From the NCBI GenBank assembly GCA_903813345.2, contig CAIIXF020000001.1, positions 40,920,001-40,984,000 of the forward strand: DNA of 64,000 nt, read 5' to 3'. Positions 48,201 through 61,703 of this stretch are shown in pieces. Under the pieces are notes generated by a model that did not search any database, had not been told where the DNA came from, and worked only from the letters and a program-made list of their open reading frames with translations. Origin of the DNA: Owenia fusiformis (lineage: Eukaryota). The position numbers and the translations under genes were made by a program. Numbering within the stretch: position 1 is the stretch's first letter; every line of letters begins with the position of its first letter.

Positions 48201-48813
48201 AGTAACATGTACAGTTAACCTTTCAATATACTCCTTACAATATCAAATACAATATCTCCCAAAAGTTCTGGGATATGTTATAAATTGGTGAAGTTATTAA
48301 GAATTCAAAGTGCAAAAATGGGGGTGGAGGATGTGTAAATTCTCCCAAATAATAATAAAATAAAAAAGTTTTCCTGAAATGAAGCATGCACTTTAGGGAT
48401 TTTTAGAAAATAGACATGACAAGGAATGATATTATGAGCCAATAATATTCTCAAATAGAAACAACTTTTTGTTAAGGCTGCTCACTAGATCTGATTCCCC
48501 CTTTAAATTGACATTACACAAATAATATATGTTATGACATACTGGCAGCACATCAAATCTTTGAGATTATCAAGCACTGGTTTGATAATCTATGAGACTA
48601 CAACCTGGTTTGCAGTTGTATTACCCTAAAATAATTCAACCCTTCCATGATAAACTCACTTTAGCTAAATCTCTATCCTATTCACCCTCGATGGTTTATC
48701 TGTGAAGTGAAATATCATCAGGTAGACGACATTTGGACACCATTCCTACCCTTAGCCATTTTTTAACAGAATGTCATCACTTGTTTTTCTATATGACAAT
48801 CCTGATGCCAAAA

Positions 48814-51800
48814 CTAAATGTTAAGATATTTCTTACCCTTACCGGGATGTTGGTGGTGGGGATGAATAGGGGGATGGTAGGTCTGTGTATTTGTGTAACG
48901 AGGTTCATATACAGGTTGATTAGCAGGGCCAGAATAACCATACCCTGACTCGTAGTACACGTCTGTACTGCGGGGGATAGGCATAGGTTGAGGGGGTGGG
49001 GGGTCAGGGGTACGGGTAATTTGCGTAGGAGGCTCAGGCATTCGTGCCATTTGTGGTTGATTTATAGTCTGCTGAGGGATGGGATTCATGTGATGATTAT
49101 TTTTATTACCACCACCCACCTTCTCGTAATATACATCTTGGTTACGTGCATTTTGTGGACCTTGATTATTTTTGACATTATTTTCTACACAACGCTTGTG
49201 ATGTGCCACAGCATATGTTTTAGCCGTGAAACCTTTCCCGCAAAGACCACACTTAAATGGCCGCTCCCCAGTGTGACTACGCATATGGACAACAAGCAGT
49301 CGAGGAGCATAGAAGAACTCCCCACACTCCTTACATTTATGTGGCCTCATTTTCAAATGAACTCGATCATTATGTGCCTTAAAGGCTTTCTTTGATGACA
49401 ACTGCTTGTTACATTCCCTGCAAAAGTTTTCTTCTCTCGCTTCCTCATGAGTCTTTTTATGATTGTACATTGCTGTTTTGGTTTTACAACTCACACCACA
49501 TATATCACATAATGACTCTTCATGTTCATTCCGCACATGTTCATTCACCTCCAATCTGGTTTTGGCTGCATAATTGCATGTTGAACAGATGTACACATAC
49601 ATAGTCCCTGTGAATGTTTTTAAAGCATCCAAGTCTTGGCATTTCACATTATGATGGCTCCATAAATGTGGACGCAGAGACTGTAAGCTATCAAAGTAGG
49701 CATCGCTACATTGTGTACACTTTATCTTCGATTTGAAACGATGGTGAATTCGATCATGTTCTCCTTTACTACCAGCATCAAAAGTCATCCCGCAACATGT
49801 TATCTTAAACTCACTTCCTTTCTTTTTCGGTTTGTACTCAGTGAATTCATCGTCATGTTCCTCCTCATCATCATCCTCCATTGCAGAGTCGTCATCTTCA
49901 TCATAGTTATCATCATAATCAGAGGGGGGTTTAGTGTCCAACAAGCCTTTAATTGCATTTCCAAGCTCTGGATCCGAGTACAGTTCCTGGGTGATTTCCT
50001 CCAAGGAAGCATTTCCCTTACTTAAAGCCTTAGTGCTTATGTCAGCAAGATTCTTTAAGGTATCAGCTGGGGACTTATCAGTTGCACTTTTAGGTACAAA
50101 GAATATAGTTGGTTTCAGCTTTTGATTCGGAGCTAAACTTTTGGCAATTGGAGTAATGGCTTTAGATGTTACTGTGGGTACAATCAAATTACTGCTTGGT
50201 TTCCTCTTTTTTTGTTTTCGAACGTTTCGTTGATTTTTCTTCCTCAGATATTTCATACGTTTTGCTGTGAATGATGCCCAGAATGTTCTCTCATCAAACT
50301 TAGAGTCCTTCATTAATTTTTCCTTAGCTGCCCCAAATATTTCTGTATGGGAGTCTATTATGTGTTCCTTGATCTTCTCTACTGAAGTACTAACACTGCC
50401 AGGTGCAGACAGGGGACATAAAGTGCATTGGAAGCATGGTCTAATGTACTTCTCAATTTCTGAAAAAAATCAGATGACAACGAGGTTATTATATAGCCTA
50501 CAAAATTTTTATTATTGTATATCAAATATTTTATGAATTAGAATAAAAATTTTAGGACTTATGGGACAACCCCCGTAGGTACAAAATATTTCAGAAACAT
50601 ATAAAATGTGCATCTGAGAGACACCATATCATATATGGTACTTCAAGTGAGTAAATTGTTCAAATGAAGCAGATAACATTCCCGATTAAGATACATTTGT
50701 TTGATGCTAATAACAATGAACATTTTATTATTTTCAAAAATATCGATACTAGTCTAACGATATAACAGTGTACCGTAAACCATAAGATTCAGGTTTGTAT
50801 TACAATTGCACACAATTTACCTAAGGACAATTTATCCTTCTCCTTAGACTGAAACACAACCAGTTCTTCCCCTGGCTTTGCCTTCTTCTGTAAATAAAAA
50901 CAAGTCAAAATTAGACACAATATATGTAATAAGGTGCTTCACCCTGTAAATAGGGCATAACATGTCACCACTTGCAAATTGTTACAAAATTGTAGTAATT
51001 CTTACTGATGCAAACAGACCTATGGAAAAGTTTTCAGGTCAGTTTGAAGAGGTAGGTGTGAAGAGGTATGAATGATGTGGCAGCAATGAAAAGAAGATTA
51101 GAGAGTGTAGCTTTGTATCATCTAGAAATAATTGTGATATCTGATGAAATAAGGAAGTCATTGAAGATTTAAGATACAGATAGGTTAAAATTATTTATAG
51201 AATTTTCCTCTTTAAGGAAGAGCAATTCAGTTTGATGACTGATATTCGCTGGTTCAGTGATATATAGTTCTAGATGGCCATAATACTAGTAAGCATGTTA
51301 TCTAACCTCGGGTACTGTATCCTGGTTCTTAGTGGGACTCTTAGTGGGCCAGAGCTTGTGGGTTATTCCTCTTTTTCTCCCTCGTTTCCTTCCTCCACTT
51401 CCCACTTCATTTCCAAAGAAGTCAAGTATCTCTCGCTTACTTGGTATTACACAATCGGACAGAGTTAGAGTTGTGGCATCCTTATTTGGCTGTAAGATTA
51501 TGATTTTTGAATCCCCCACTGGTTTAGACTGCTCTGGGTTGAGATCATTGATTCCCTTCTGGAAAAACTTAACCATCTTTGCACGCTTAGGCAGTGTGAT
51601 ATTCGTGAAGGTTATAGTTGTAGGGGCTTTATTAGGTTCTAGAATGATGATCTTTGATGTGTTATTATCAAGCAATTGCTTAACTGTTGGAGGCTTTTTG
51701 ACGCTGGAGTTTTCTGTGGGCTCAGTTTTTACAGAGCCATCTGGTGGAGACACCTGGGCTGCCTGGGATCCTGTACTAGAGGGCAATTTTATACCTTGCT

Positions 51801-53037
51801 TGGCTATAGCTTGGCTAATCTGAAAAATGGCAAGAAGCATGTTTACTTTACAAATCAAAGATTTTAACAAAATGTATCATCCAAATTAACTTTCAAAATG
51901 TCCGTTATTACTGTCATAAAAAATATTTTTAAACAGCTGTATTGGTACTCAGCTCACTACTAAACTTCTGGGTGCTTCAAATTAAAACAGTGAACATTTA
52001 ATAATAACAGATTGGCAAGTAGATATCGCTCAATGTCTGAACTTTAAAAGATAAACATGGCATATATTAGCTTATACTAGGCGATTGGGACCGTAACCAC
52101 GAGGTTGCGAGTTCGAGACGTGTGTGCTCCTTGCGTTTATTCATTGTAAAAGTTCATACCTGTTTGCCTAATTCTGTAAGTCCTTTGGGGGGTTTTGGTA
52201 CATCACTTGGAGTAGCTTTGGTTGGTGATGTCTGGGTAGTCTCCCCACTATTATCCACAGGTTCTTGCTTAACTATTGGTTTAGATTTCACCTTGGTTGT
52301 AAAGGTATGATCCCTGATAATATCCGACACAGATGCTTGAGTGACCATTCTTATATCCACCTTAGGATCACGAGACTTTGGTAATATAGTGCGAGGCACT
52401 ACAATAGTGGTGGCAGGATTTGGTAAAGTTTTAATGATCTGATATGTCATATTTGGTGCAGCTTTTGGTAAGATTAAAGGAACATTTGGTTTAATCGGGA
52501 ATAATATTGGCATTCCTGGTTTTATGGTTGAATTAGTCATTAATCCAGGTGAGGAAGCCAATGAGATTTGATTAGCTGCAGACTTGGTTATGTTTGCTTG
52601 AGGAGTAGGCTTTGTTGAGGTTGTAGAGGAACCACTTGATGTGCTTGTTATAGTTGAAGATGAACTGAGACTTGCTAATGCAGTAGCAGCATTTGACTCT
52701 GCGGTAGGTGTTGACAGTGACGAAGTGGTTTGCTTCATGAGAGCAGCACTGATCTGTAATTGCAAATAAAATATAAGAATTAATGTTACTATTCAGTGTG
52801 TTCAAAATAAAATATTCAAAGTGACCTACTTTTCAATCTGAAAGGTTTCAACCCAAGTAAAAATTGAAACTGAACATGCGTTAAATAAATAAATCTTGCG
52901 CAAAATACTCAGACATCAAAAAGATAATTCATATCAAAATATAAGATGTTAGTGCAACATTATTGTCATCAAGGCACAATCCTTACCTGTTTGCCTAGCT
53001 CCATTGGCTTGGGGATATTAGCCTCTTGGGCCGCCAT
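48814..53037 (-). CDS. C2H2 zinc-finger protein (~956 aa, about 8 fingers)
   Basis: Exons 52987-53037 (ATG in ggcATGg, upstream in-frame stop), 52160-52753, 51307-51819, 50821-50887, 48814-50459, all in phase. Fingers include HKCKECGEFFYAPRLLVVHMRSH-TGERP-FKCGLCGKGF. Probable non-coding first exon with donor near 56125. Confidence 0.85.
52059..52130 (+). other. Degenerate tRNA-like/SINE-head sequence
   Basis: gaggttgcgagttcgagac resembles a T-arm/B-box and tagctt resembles an A-box, but the cloverleaf pairing is poor. Confidence 0.25.
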
Positions 53038-53147
53038 GCCTCTAGACCCCGCGGGGATTTTAGGTAAAGAGGATAAACTGCCTGGAGAACTTGATGCTAA
53101 ATATGCTTTATAAGATCATCTGGAACAAAGATGGAAATACATGTAGA

Positions 53148-53327
53148 CATGGGCGTAGCGCCCGGTACGCTTGGTATGCACAGGCGTACCAGATGGTTGC
53201 AAATTCGCTCCAAATACAACCAAATTTTCCTAGAACCCAGACCCCCCGAATGCTCGTTTTTGGATTCACTCAACTCTTGTTCCTGTGGTCATGGCGTGCT
53301 ACATAGAAAAATAGCGCTACGCCCATG
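53148..53327. mobile_element. MITE with CATGGGCGTAGCGC termini
   Basis: TIRs CATGGGCGTAGCGC/GCGCTACGCCCATG with a 5-bp TSD GTAGA. Related ends at ~17893-18170 and ~4171. Confidence 0.8.
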
Positions 53328-53678
53328 GTAGATACAGTCGACAAAAGATACAGATTCTTGTTAGATTGGATCGCACATGACTGACATTCTAATTTCAAGT
53401 GACATCGGATGAGGGAAGCTCAATTACAAAAATCTATAATTTATAAAACAAATACCAATAATATCTATCAAACCTAATAATAATCACAATAATATAATCA
53501 TGAGTTAATACTGTATTTAGAGTATGTAGTGAGGCTAAAGATAATAAAATTAGATTGAAGATCACGCCCAATGATCAGAGAAAATGAATGGAGGGGGGAG
53601 TAGCCAATTTTTGCAAGAAAATTCAACAAATCTTGAAGATTTATTTTTTCAAGAGAAAGTTTACAATTGAATTGCTTT

Positions 53679-54425
53679 AACAAGTCATTAACATGACAAA
53701 ATGTCACCATCTAGTTGTTCACAACATTATTAGTTCAATCTTAAGTAAGATTTGAATTTCTAAAAAAATTGGTCAATTTGACCCTGAGAAGGTCATTGAA
53801 GGTGAAATCTCAAATCTAAAATTAGATTTGAACTTCTGAGAACTTGCAGAAAAAGAATTGTCAAGCAAGTTGAAAACAGACCTTTTTGACCCTGTGAAGG
53901 TCATTAAAGATCAAATCTTTTTTGACCTTGAGAAGGTCATTGGAGGTCAAATCTGAACTCCGTCAGATTTGAACTTTTGAGAACTTTGAGATGATTTTGA
54001 AAATAAATTGGTCAATTGAAAAAAGACCTTTTTGACCTTTCTTTGACCTTGAGAAGGTCATTGAAGCTCAAATCATAAATGTAAAGTCAGATTTGAACTT
54101 CGGATAACTTGTAGATGGTTTTGAAAAAGAAATTTGGTCAATTTGAAGCAAGTTTAAAAAAGACCTTTTTGACCTTTTTTAACTTTGGAAAGGTCATTAA
54201 AGATCAAATCTTAAATGTTAAGTTAGATTTTAATTTCTGAAAACTTGTAGATGATTTGGAAAAAAATTGAACTCAGTCTAAACAGTATTTGGTAAGTTAT
54301 TGGAAGTTTTAAGAATTTGTTACAGACGCCAACCGCCGCCTGCCACCCCCCAATCGCCAACCACCAACCGCCGTCACAAAAAAGGGGACCATAACAATAT
54401 GTCACCACTTCTTGGTGGTGACATC
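53679..54425 (-). mobile_element. HINE/Helentron-like element, family A (longer copy)
   Basis: Same termini and microsatellite as 15581-16054, with more internal ttgaccttgagaaggtcattgaaggtcaaatc repeats. Confidence 0.75.
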
Positions 54426-54486
54426 ACATAATGAATAGGGACATGACATGGGGATTGAAACGTTCAGGATTTTTTTAACCGATAGA

Positions 54487-55000
54487 GTCACCAACGTGCA
54501 AATGTCAATGTTTATGCTATAAATCAAGCAACAATGGTCTACATGAGCTGTAATAAATACTTATAAGTGATGTTTTTATCACAAAATTAATGTCATAGCT
54601 GGTTTTTTAATGAGTTTGCATACGCTAGATAAAAAATAATCAAAAATAATTAAGATTGAACGGAGGGGGGAGTGAACGCAGGGGAGTATTATGTTTCTAA
54701 GGTGGAGAAATTTCTGCGAATTTGTGTATTTGGAAAATGAACTCAGTAGCAATTAACTGAATGTTACAACTCTGAAGATTGAAAATTGAAAAATACATTT
54801 TGAGTCATTGGAAATAGAGTCATGTTACATCTCTTAACATATGTCTTATCATAACTCCCCCTCCATTCAATTTTAATTATTTTCGTTATTCTAAAAATAA
54901 TTTTGTGATAATAACGTCACTAACAAGTATTTATAACAGGTCGTGTTGACCCCCGTTGCTTGATTTATACCAAAAACATTGGCATTTGCATGTTTGTGAT
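54487..55000. mobile_element. Degenerate foldback element
   Basis: 54487-54590 is the reverse complement of ~54895-55000; inner arms ggagggggagt/actccccctcc. Confidence 0.6.
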
Positions 55001-55033
55001 CCTGTGCCTTTTTTAATAGGTCTTATATATTAA

Positions 55034-55447
55034 GGTCAGGGTGCATGATGGGAAATTTTCTGCATTCCTCAATTGAGTCACATGTTATTTTTCAAACAAA
55101 AATCACTCCTTCCCTTCATTGTCTATATCTTCCAGTTTTGCACAAAGAGTGCACTTATGTGCCTAGAAAAGACTTGTGAGAAGAATGTTTTGATAAAGTG
55201 TATAAAAAACAAGAAAATTCAGTGAAAAAAATCAGAAACTTTTCAGAAATTTTTTTCACTGAATTTTCTCATTTTTTATACATTTTACAAAACAAACCTT
55301 CTCACAAGGCTTTTCTAGACACAGAAGTGCACTCTTTGTGCAAATTTGGAAGATGTAGACAATGTGGGGAAGGAGTTATTCATGTTTGAAAAATAACATG
55401 TGACTCAATTGAGGAATGCAGAAAATTTCCCAACATGCACCCTGTCC
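55034..55447. mobile_element. Palindromic MITE with TTAA target site (Kolobok/piggyBac-type)
   Basis: TTAA-GG...CC-TTAA, with ~200-bp arms that are nearly fully self-complementary. Confidence 0.8.
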
Positions 55448-58400
55448 TTAAAGCCTATCAGTTCAAAAAGAACCTAGAAGACCCAACATAATTCCCCGTG
55501 TCGTGCACACATTGATCTAGCAATTAAATTCAATTGTAAACCCCCGGGTTGTAAACTTTCTCTCCCAGTTCCAGATTTGTTGAATTTACTAACGAAAATC
55601 AGCTACTCCCTCCTCCGTTCATTTCTTCCGATCACCAGGCATGAAGATTTTAAAAGCAGACCCACAACTTCAGTATGCAGTTCAAATCAAGATTCTTTCT
55701 TCCCCTCAATAACCATACTCACAGCTCATACTGACTGTAAGCAGACCCCTTTTTTATTTCATTCTCACTCACTCAGTCTGCAAAATATAACAGACCTAAA
55801 CATAGAAGATCCTATCAACGCTGGCTTTGATAAACGAAAAAAATAAGTAATGATTTATGAACAAATCTGAGTGATAAATGTATAAATACATCGAGCCGAA
55901 TGAGTGTCTATTCATTTTCGATTCAGCTTTTCTTTCAAACACAGGAGGACTCAAGGAGGAAATGGACTCCCATCAAAATTCGAGACAAAAATTTACGAAC
56001 TTTGCATAAAGAATCTGCTATTTGTATGAGTGATGCGTTCACAAACTGATGTCCTGGATATTCCCTAGGAGCAAATCTTTCATACAGACAATAAACAGTA
56101 ACTTATTCACCGTTAATTACTTACCAAATGCACTTTGGAGATGTTCAAATTTCCTCCACGACAATATAGCCGTAGCCTCGTTTTCGATAAAAAGTTTCAA
56201 ATGCTACTTATAGATGTCAGGAGAGTATGTGAACACTCATCAATATCTATATCATTATATCTCCCAGTCCTAATGGCATTGGACTTGCAGAGATTATAGT
56301 CCAACGGGAAAATGTTGTAAACTGAATATAGAAAGAAAGGGGAAAGTGTAGTAAACTGAATATAAAAAGATATCATATGTACCAAACTGAATATTATACA
56401 AATATTTAATTCTTAGATTCTATTGAGGTGGATACCTGTGCATCTTTCACAAGTGATATAATATTCCACTAAGCCTGATGGGCTAGTGGAATATTATCTT
56501 GTGAAAGTGTCACATGTATTCACCTAAAATAGAAATAAATATTTGTTTTATGCTTAATTAAAGCCTCCATGGATACCTTTAGGCCTGTAGCCAGCTTTTA
56601 CATGGGGGGGGGGCATCGGTTTTACCAAGGCGGAGCTTTTGTCAAAGGGGAAGCTTTTTGACAGTTTTGGTTAAAAAATTATGCTCAGAATGGTGAAAAA
56701 CTGCATGATTTTGAAAGAATTTCTGGCAAGGGGGATTTTAATCTTTACTTGGTGTACCCTGACCTTCTAGCCTGACCTTGCAGGATCGAGGTTAAAATAG
56801 TTCTGCACACACGACCATTGCCCATTACTACATACATCGTATGTGGAGTTTTAGAGACAGTTGAGTATTAGAGACAAATTGGACACACTATGCTAGAATC
56901 TTTGAAATAAAAAAAACATTTTTTAATGTTATAACATGATAATTTATTTAGTATAGACCATAATCATTTATAATGATTTTATGGATGATCTTACATTCTA
57001 ATAACAATATATGTGTTGTCACCAGTTTAGAATTGTACAATGTACTTAAATGCAAATTCAGTTTTTACAAAACATTCTAAGTAAAATTACATGTTTTAAT
57101 AATAACTTAAAGGAGAATCATTTTTCAATTTCATTTTTTTGGGCTCATATCATTCCTATTTTCTAAAAAATGATTTACTTAATGTAAATTGTGGTCTTTA
57201 TACTTGTTATACATAGATTTGAACATTTAATTCATGTGATTTATATTATAAATGACAAGGTTAATATTATATTAAAATTACAGAACATAAGAAATAGCTT
57301 GACTATAACAAAACATGAAATATTCCAATTAAATATAGGAAACAATTCTAAATTTAGAAATTAATTAAAAAGAGTAAGTTAACAATCATTCGTTCTAAAC
57401 ATATGAGTCCATGATGAAATAAATCCAGAAAATACTTTTAGCATCCCTAGATTACAATATAAGGAAAGATATGAGCAAAATGAATCTAATTACAATGATT
57501 TTCAAAAACAATACTTGAGAGAGTTTAAATACAGTGACACCTATTTCAGAGAACATATCTGGTTCGATGAAGTGAACAACTGGAAACGCCTAATATTTAA
57601 AACAAATATGTTTATATCCCATAATTTCTTAAATGTGAATCCCTCTATGATGCACAGACTCGCATAGAGCAAGTTCCAGCAGTGGTCACCTTCAATAGGT
57701 ATGTACCATATCTGTACTTTTAAACACTACTGGGTGTGAGAATATAGGGTGAGACAAATTTATTTAGGCAAGGCAAAACTTAACCCAAAGATAATTTTAT
57801 AGATAATTTTAGAGTACTCGTATATATGACATAATTTCTTAGTTTTAGCTATCTATTAAAATGCAACATGATGACATTTTGAACTATTTTTAATATCTTT
57901 GAGAACAGATATGCAACATAGTATAGTGTCATAGATTGCAACACTACATATGTAACATATGCCATAAAATAATTTCTATATAGCTTATCTCTATTATATA
58001 CATTAACTTTAATAGAACTGTTTCCTTAAATTATTAAGCATTTTATAGTACAGCATTTCATGATTAACAACTAACTATTTTCATAAATTCTAATCTGATT
58101 GATTTATAATATTTAAAGCAGTAAATAACAATATAACTGTTAATGGAAAAATTACATATCACATATGGACTTATATAAATAGATCTAAATAAATGCAAAA
58201 GTCCTTCAAGGACGATTGAACAATTAATATCTTATTTCATACTTTTATTTACACATCTACTATTTGTACACATTGTACATTAAAATATTTCAAAGGGTTA
58301 ACTTAAGCAAGGACTATAATCTTGGAGAAGCGTACCCTTTTGACTAAAATTTGTTTTCATAACAACCAGATCCAGAATACGTTTGCACTCATTCTAGTCT

Positions 58401-61400
58401 AAACTATATTTCTAACCAACCATATTATTCAAAAAAAGAGGCTATTGCCATTTTCCCAATCCTATTTGCTATGTATCATACTGTGTAAATGAAATTCACT
58501 GACAAAAATTATTCATAATAAAAAATCACGCCATTGTTCAATATAGCCCAATCCACAATATTATTCCCATCATATTCCAGACCTGATCATTTTTTCTGGA
58601 AAGGGTAAGTTCCCTAATATATAATTCCCCTTGCACTGGCAGACTAAAACAAAATCAACAGTTGCTTAAAGCGGCAGCAAAGACTAAGAACGAGGTGATG
58701 GTAACTTTAAAAAGATTTCTGACTGATCAATTCTGACATTTTTCATAAAAATGCTTCAACTCCTGTGTTTAAAAGGCAATAATTCTGAAAACAGGTACAT
58801 ATCTCTGTTTCAATTCTTATAGATTTGGGCATTTCTGTATCTTCTATCTTTTATTACCTTCTTTAATCAGTTGTTAAATGTTCTAACCTTTGCTACCACT
58901 TTAACTGAAACTTACAATTCGAAAATGATTTCAGTGTACAACTGCACCTATAACATAAAACTAGGTGTACTATTCCTACTTCTATAACATACAACTAATG
59001 GAACTTGCAATAAGCATGAAACCATGAACTTACAGAAAAGTTCTTTAAAAAGTTTCTTTTTAAGTCTCTGACCAACTAGTCATGATGTCTACTTAGTACT
59101 TAAACTAAAAAATGTAAAATTAATAAACAAACAATTGTATAATCAATTCAGGATATCTGAGCACAGCGCACTGGTACATGTTAACATGTCATTTGTCTCA
59201 ATTACATTGTTATTTTTGTTATTTGTTAATATAATTTGAATAAACAACAGTAGCATGAATGCCTAGGATTTCTATAGATCATAAAAGTCCATCTTATTCA
59301 TACAAAATACGCAAATATGAAAATTTTGCCTGTTTTGGTAGTAAATTAAAAAGTCATATACATAACCAGAACTGCAACTTTCTCTTAAAGGAGAAGTATG
59401 TCCAATATATTTCTTCATTGGTATTGCTTTAACAGCCAACTTATCTCACTTTAAAAGTGTCACATATATTTTTGGTCTGAACAGAGTTTTAAAAATACAA
59501 TAAAGAACCCTACTGAATGGTCATCACAACAGCTCTATCTAACATTTGTCAATATAGGAGAAATTCTGACCTAATTTCTGGATAAATGCTACATTAACTA
59601 TCATAAAATTCATCTCTACATGCACATTTTCTCCAAATATGGTATCTGACATCTTCTCCTATTCATTTATGCTTTAGTAAGCTATTGTGTCAACTATTTT
59701 ACATGAGTTAAGGTCAATGTGACAATTTCATCCAATTATCGTAACAATCTCAAAGATTCCTAACAAAAAGGGACCAAACATAACTTTTGTGTTTAAGGTA
59801 TACTACTATAAAGAAATAATATTTGGGAATAGCTTTCTTACATTTTGTGTATTTCTAGTTATTGATCATTTTGGCAGGTATAATATAGGCTATAATAATA
59901 ATTAAATTTAATGATAAATATTTCTTATTTACAAAGGTGCTATAATAGAATAATAATTATAAATAAATGTGAAATTAAAATAAAATATACATAATATAGA
60001 CTCTATATAAACATATAACATTCCAATATCCGACCCTGCATCATTTATGCAAAAAGCATTTTTGATTTATGCACACTTTCCTTCTAAAGTGTATGTACCT
60101 TTAACAGTTAGACCTAACTTTTGTAAAATTAAAATCAAATTCAATTGCACAAGTTGTTTAGGGGTCAAAATAATAATGTACATCAAGTAGCATACTTCAT
60201 CTCAGTATATTGCTTGACCATACCCCTGGACCATCATTTATGATGTTTGGAGCCCAAAGTCCCTGAAAATGACTTGATAAATAAACTAATTCTTATGCGA
60301 TTTGAAGAACATTGATATCTTCCTATTTCTTGAAGTTAAAGTGAAAATCAGAGATATAGAGTGTGAAAAAATTGCAAGCAATATTTATGAATTTCCAACC
60401 AATGTGTCCTTTACCATTCAGAATATAGTATATGTACAGTACTAAAATCTTGTAAATTTTTTTAAGAATAACAAAACAAATTTCTGATGCCAATGACCAA
60501 CACACAACATATGCAATGATTCTCTATAGGAATTGGGCCATCTCAAATTTTCAAATAAGGTATAACATTTTGGGATTTTTTGAAAAAAGGTATGTCAAGG
60601 AATGAAGTCAGTCAAAAGGACATTGAATAAGGTAGGTACATGTTTTGTAAAGTATCTCAATATCTCTGATATCACAAAGTTGAAAATGGATGAAGAGAAC
60701 AAAATATTTTGTGTAGATATGTAATTTGGCAAATCCAAACAGGTAAATGACTGACTGCTTGTACATCACAACGTCACCGGCTGAAAAGTAAACTGATTTA
60801 AAATTCACTTTATCTCTCAATCCTGATAATGATAAATTGGTACATACACCATGCAAACAATATCAACAATTCATTAACACTATCTAGTCCTTTACAATAT
60901 TACTATACAGATTTTCTATGGCACAAGTTCACACATTTAACTGTTTTCATGCTTTACTTTCCCTAGCTGACAGGGAACAATATTTTTATCTTAGAAATGC
61001 AAGGATAGCATAGGTGACTGATAAGCTTTGGGTATTGCTATATTTATGGTTTATCATAGCTTACCATTAAGCTACGACACAGCATAATTATATCACACCA
61101 CCGAAAGGCAGACAAGATACTGAATACTTTAGGATGGAAAATAAAAAATATGGGTCTTTAGAATTCTAAATGCCTGCCTGGCAGTTATCACAAGAATCAT
61201 CCCAGAGGGTGATAAAAAATTGAAATTGGTCCAAAATGGCTGTCACATTTCAAGATATATGACCCAAAAATGAATCAGTTGAAGAACTTGATACAGTGTA
61301 ATATGTGTAAAGATATGGAGTGAATCCAATGATCAGTTTTCCTGGAATCGCAATGTCAAATCAGCAAGATGATTACACTGATAATGACAAATATACCACA

Positions 61401-61703
61401 AGTACTATGATAAACATTATAACATTTTCTATTCGTCACCAGTCGTAACAAGAAAAACAAGACAAAAAATATGTACCTCAGACAAATAAACTGTTTTAGT
61501 GAACAGAATGCTCCTTGGAGAAGATTCAATGATGATTTTTGATTGACTGCTTTTGGATATGCTAGTATTTTTTGTGGTTAAATGTGTGAAAAAGACCACA
61601 AATCCTACAACTGCACTTATACATCTTACCATCAATCTTATGTAATAGTATGTGTTCAGTTTACATATTCACATATAGCTTTTGTAGACACACTGCAGTG
61701 GAT

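Noticed and set aside
52059..52130. Functional tRNA gene
   Set aside because: A B-box-like motif is present, but the acceptor, D and T stems pair poorly. At best it is a decayed SINE head or pseudogene. tRNAscan-SE would settle it.
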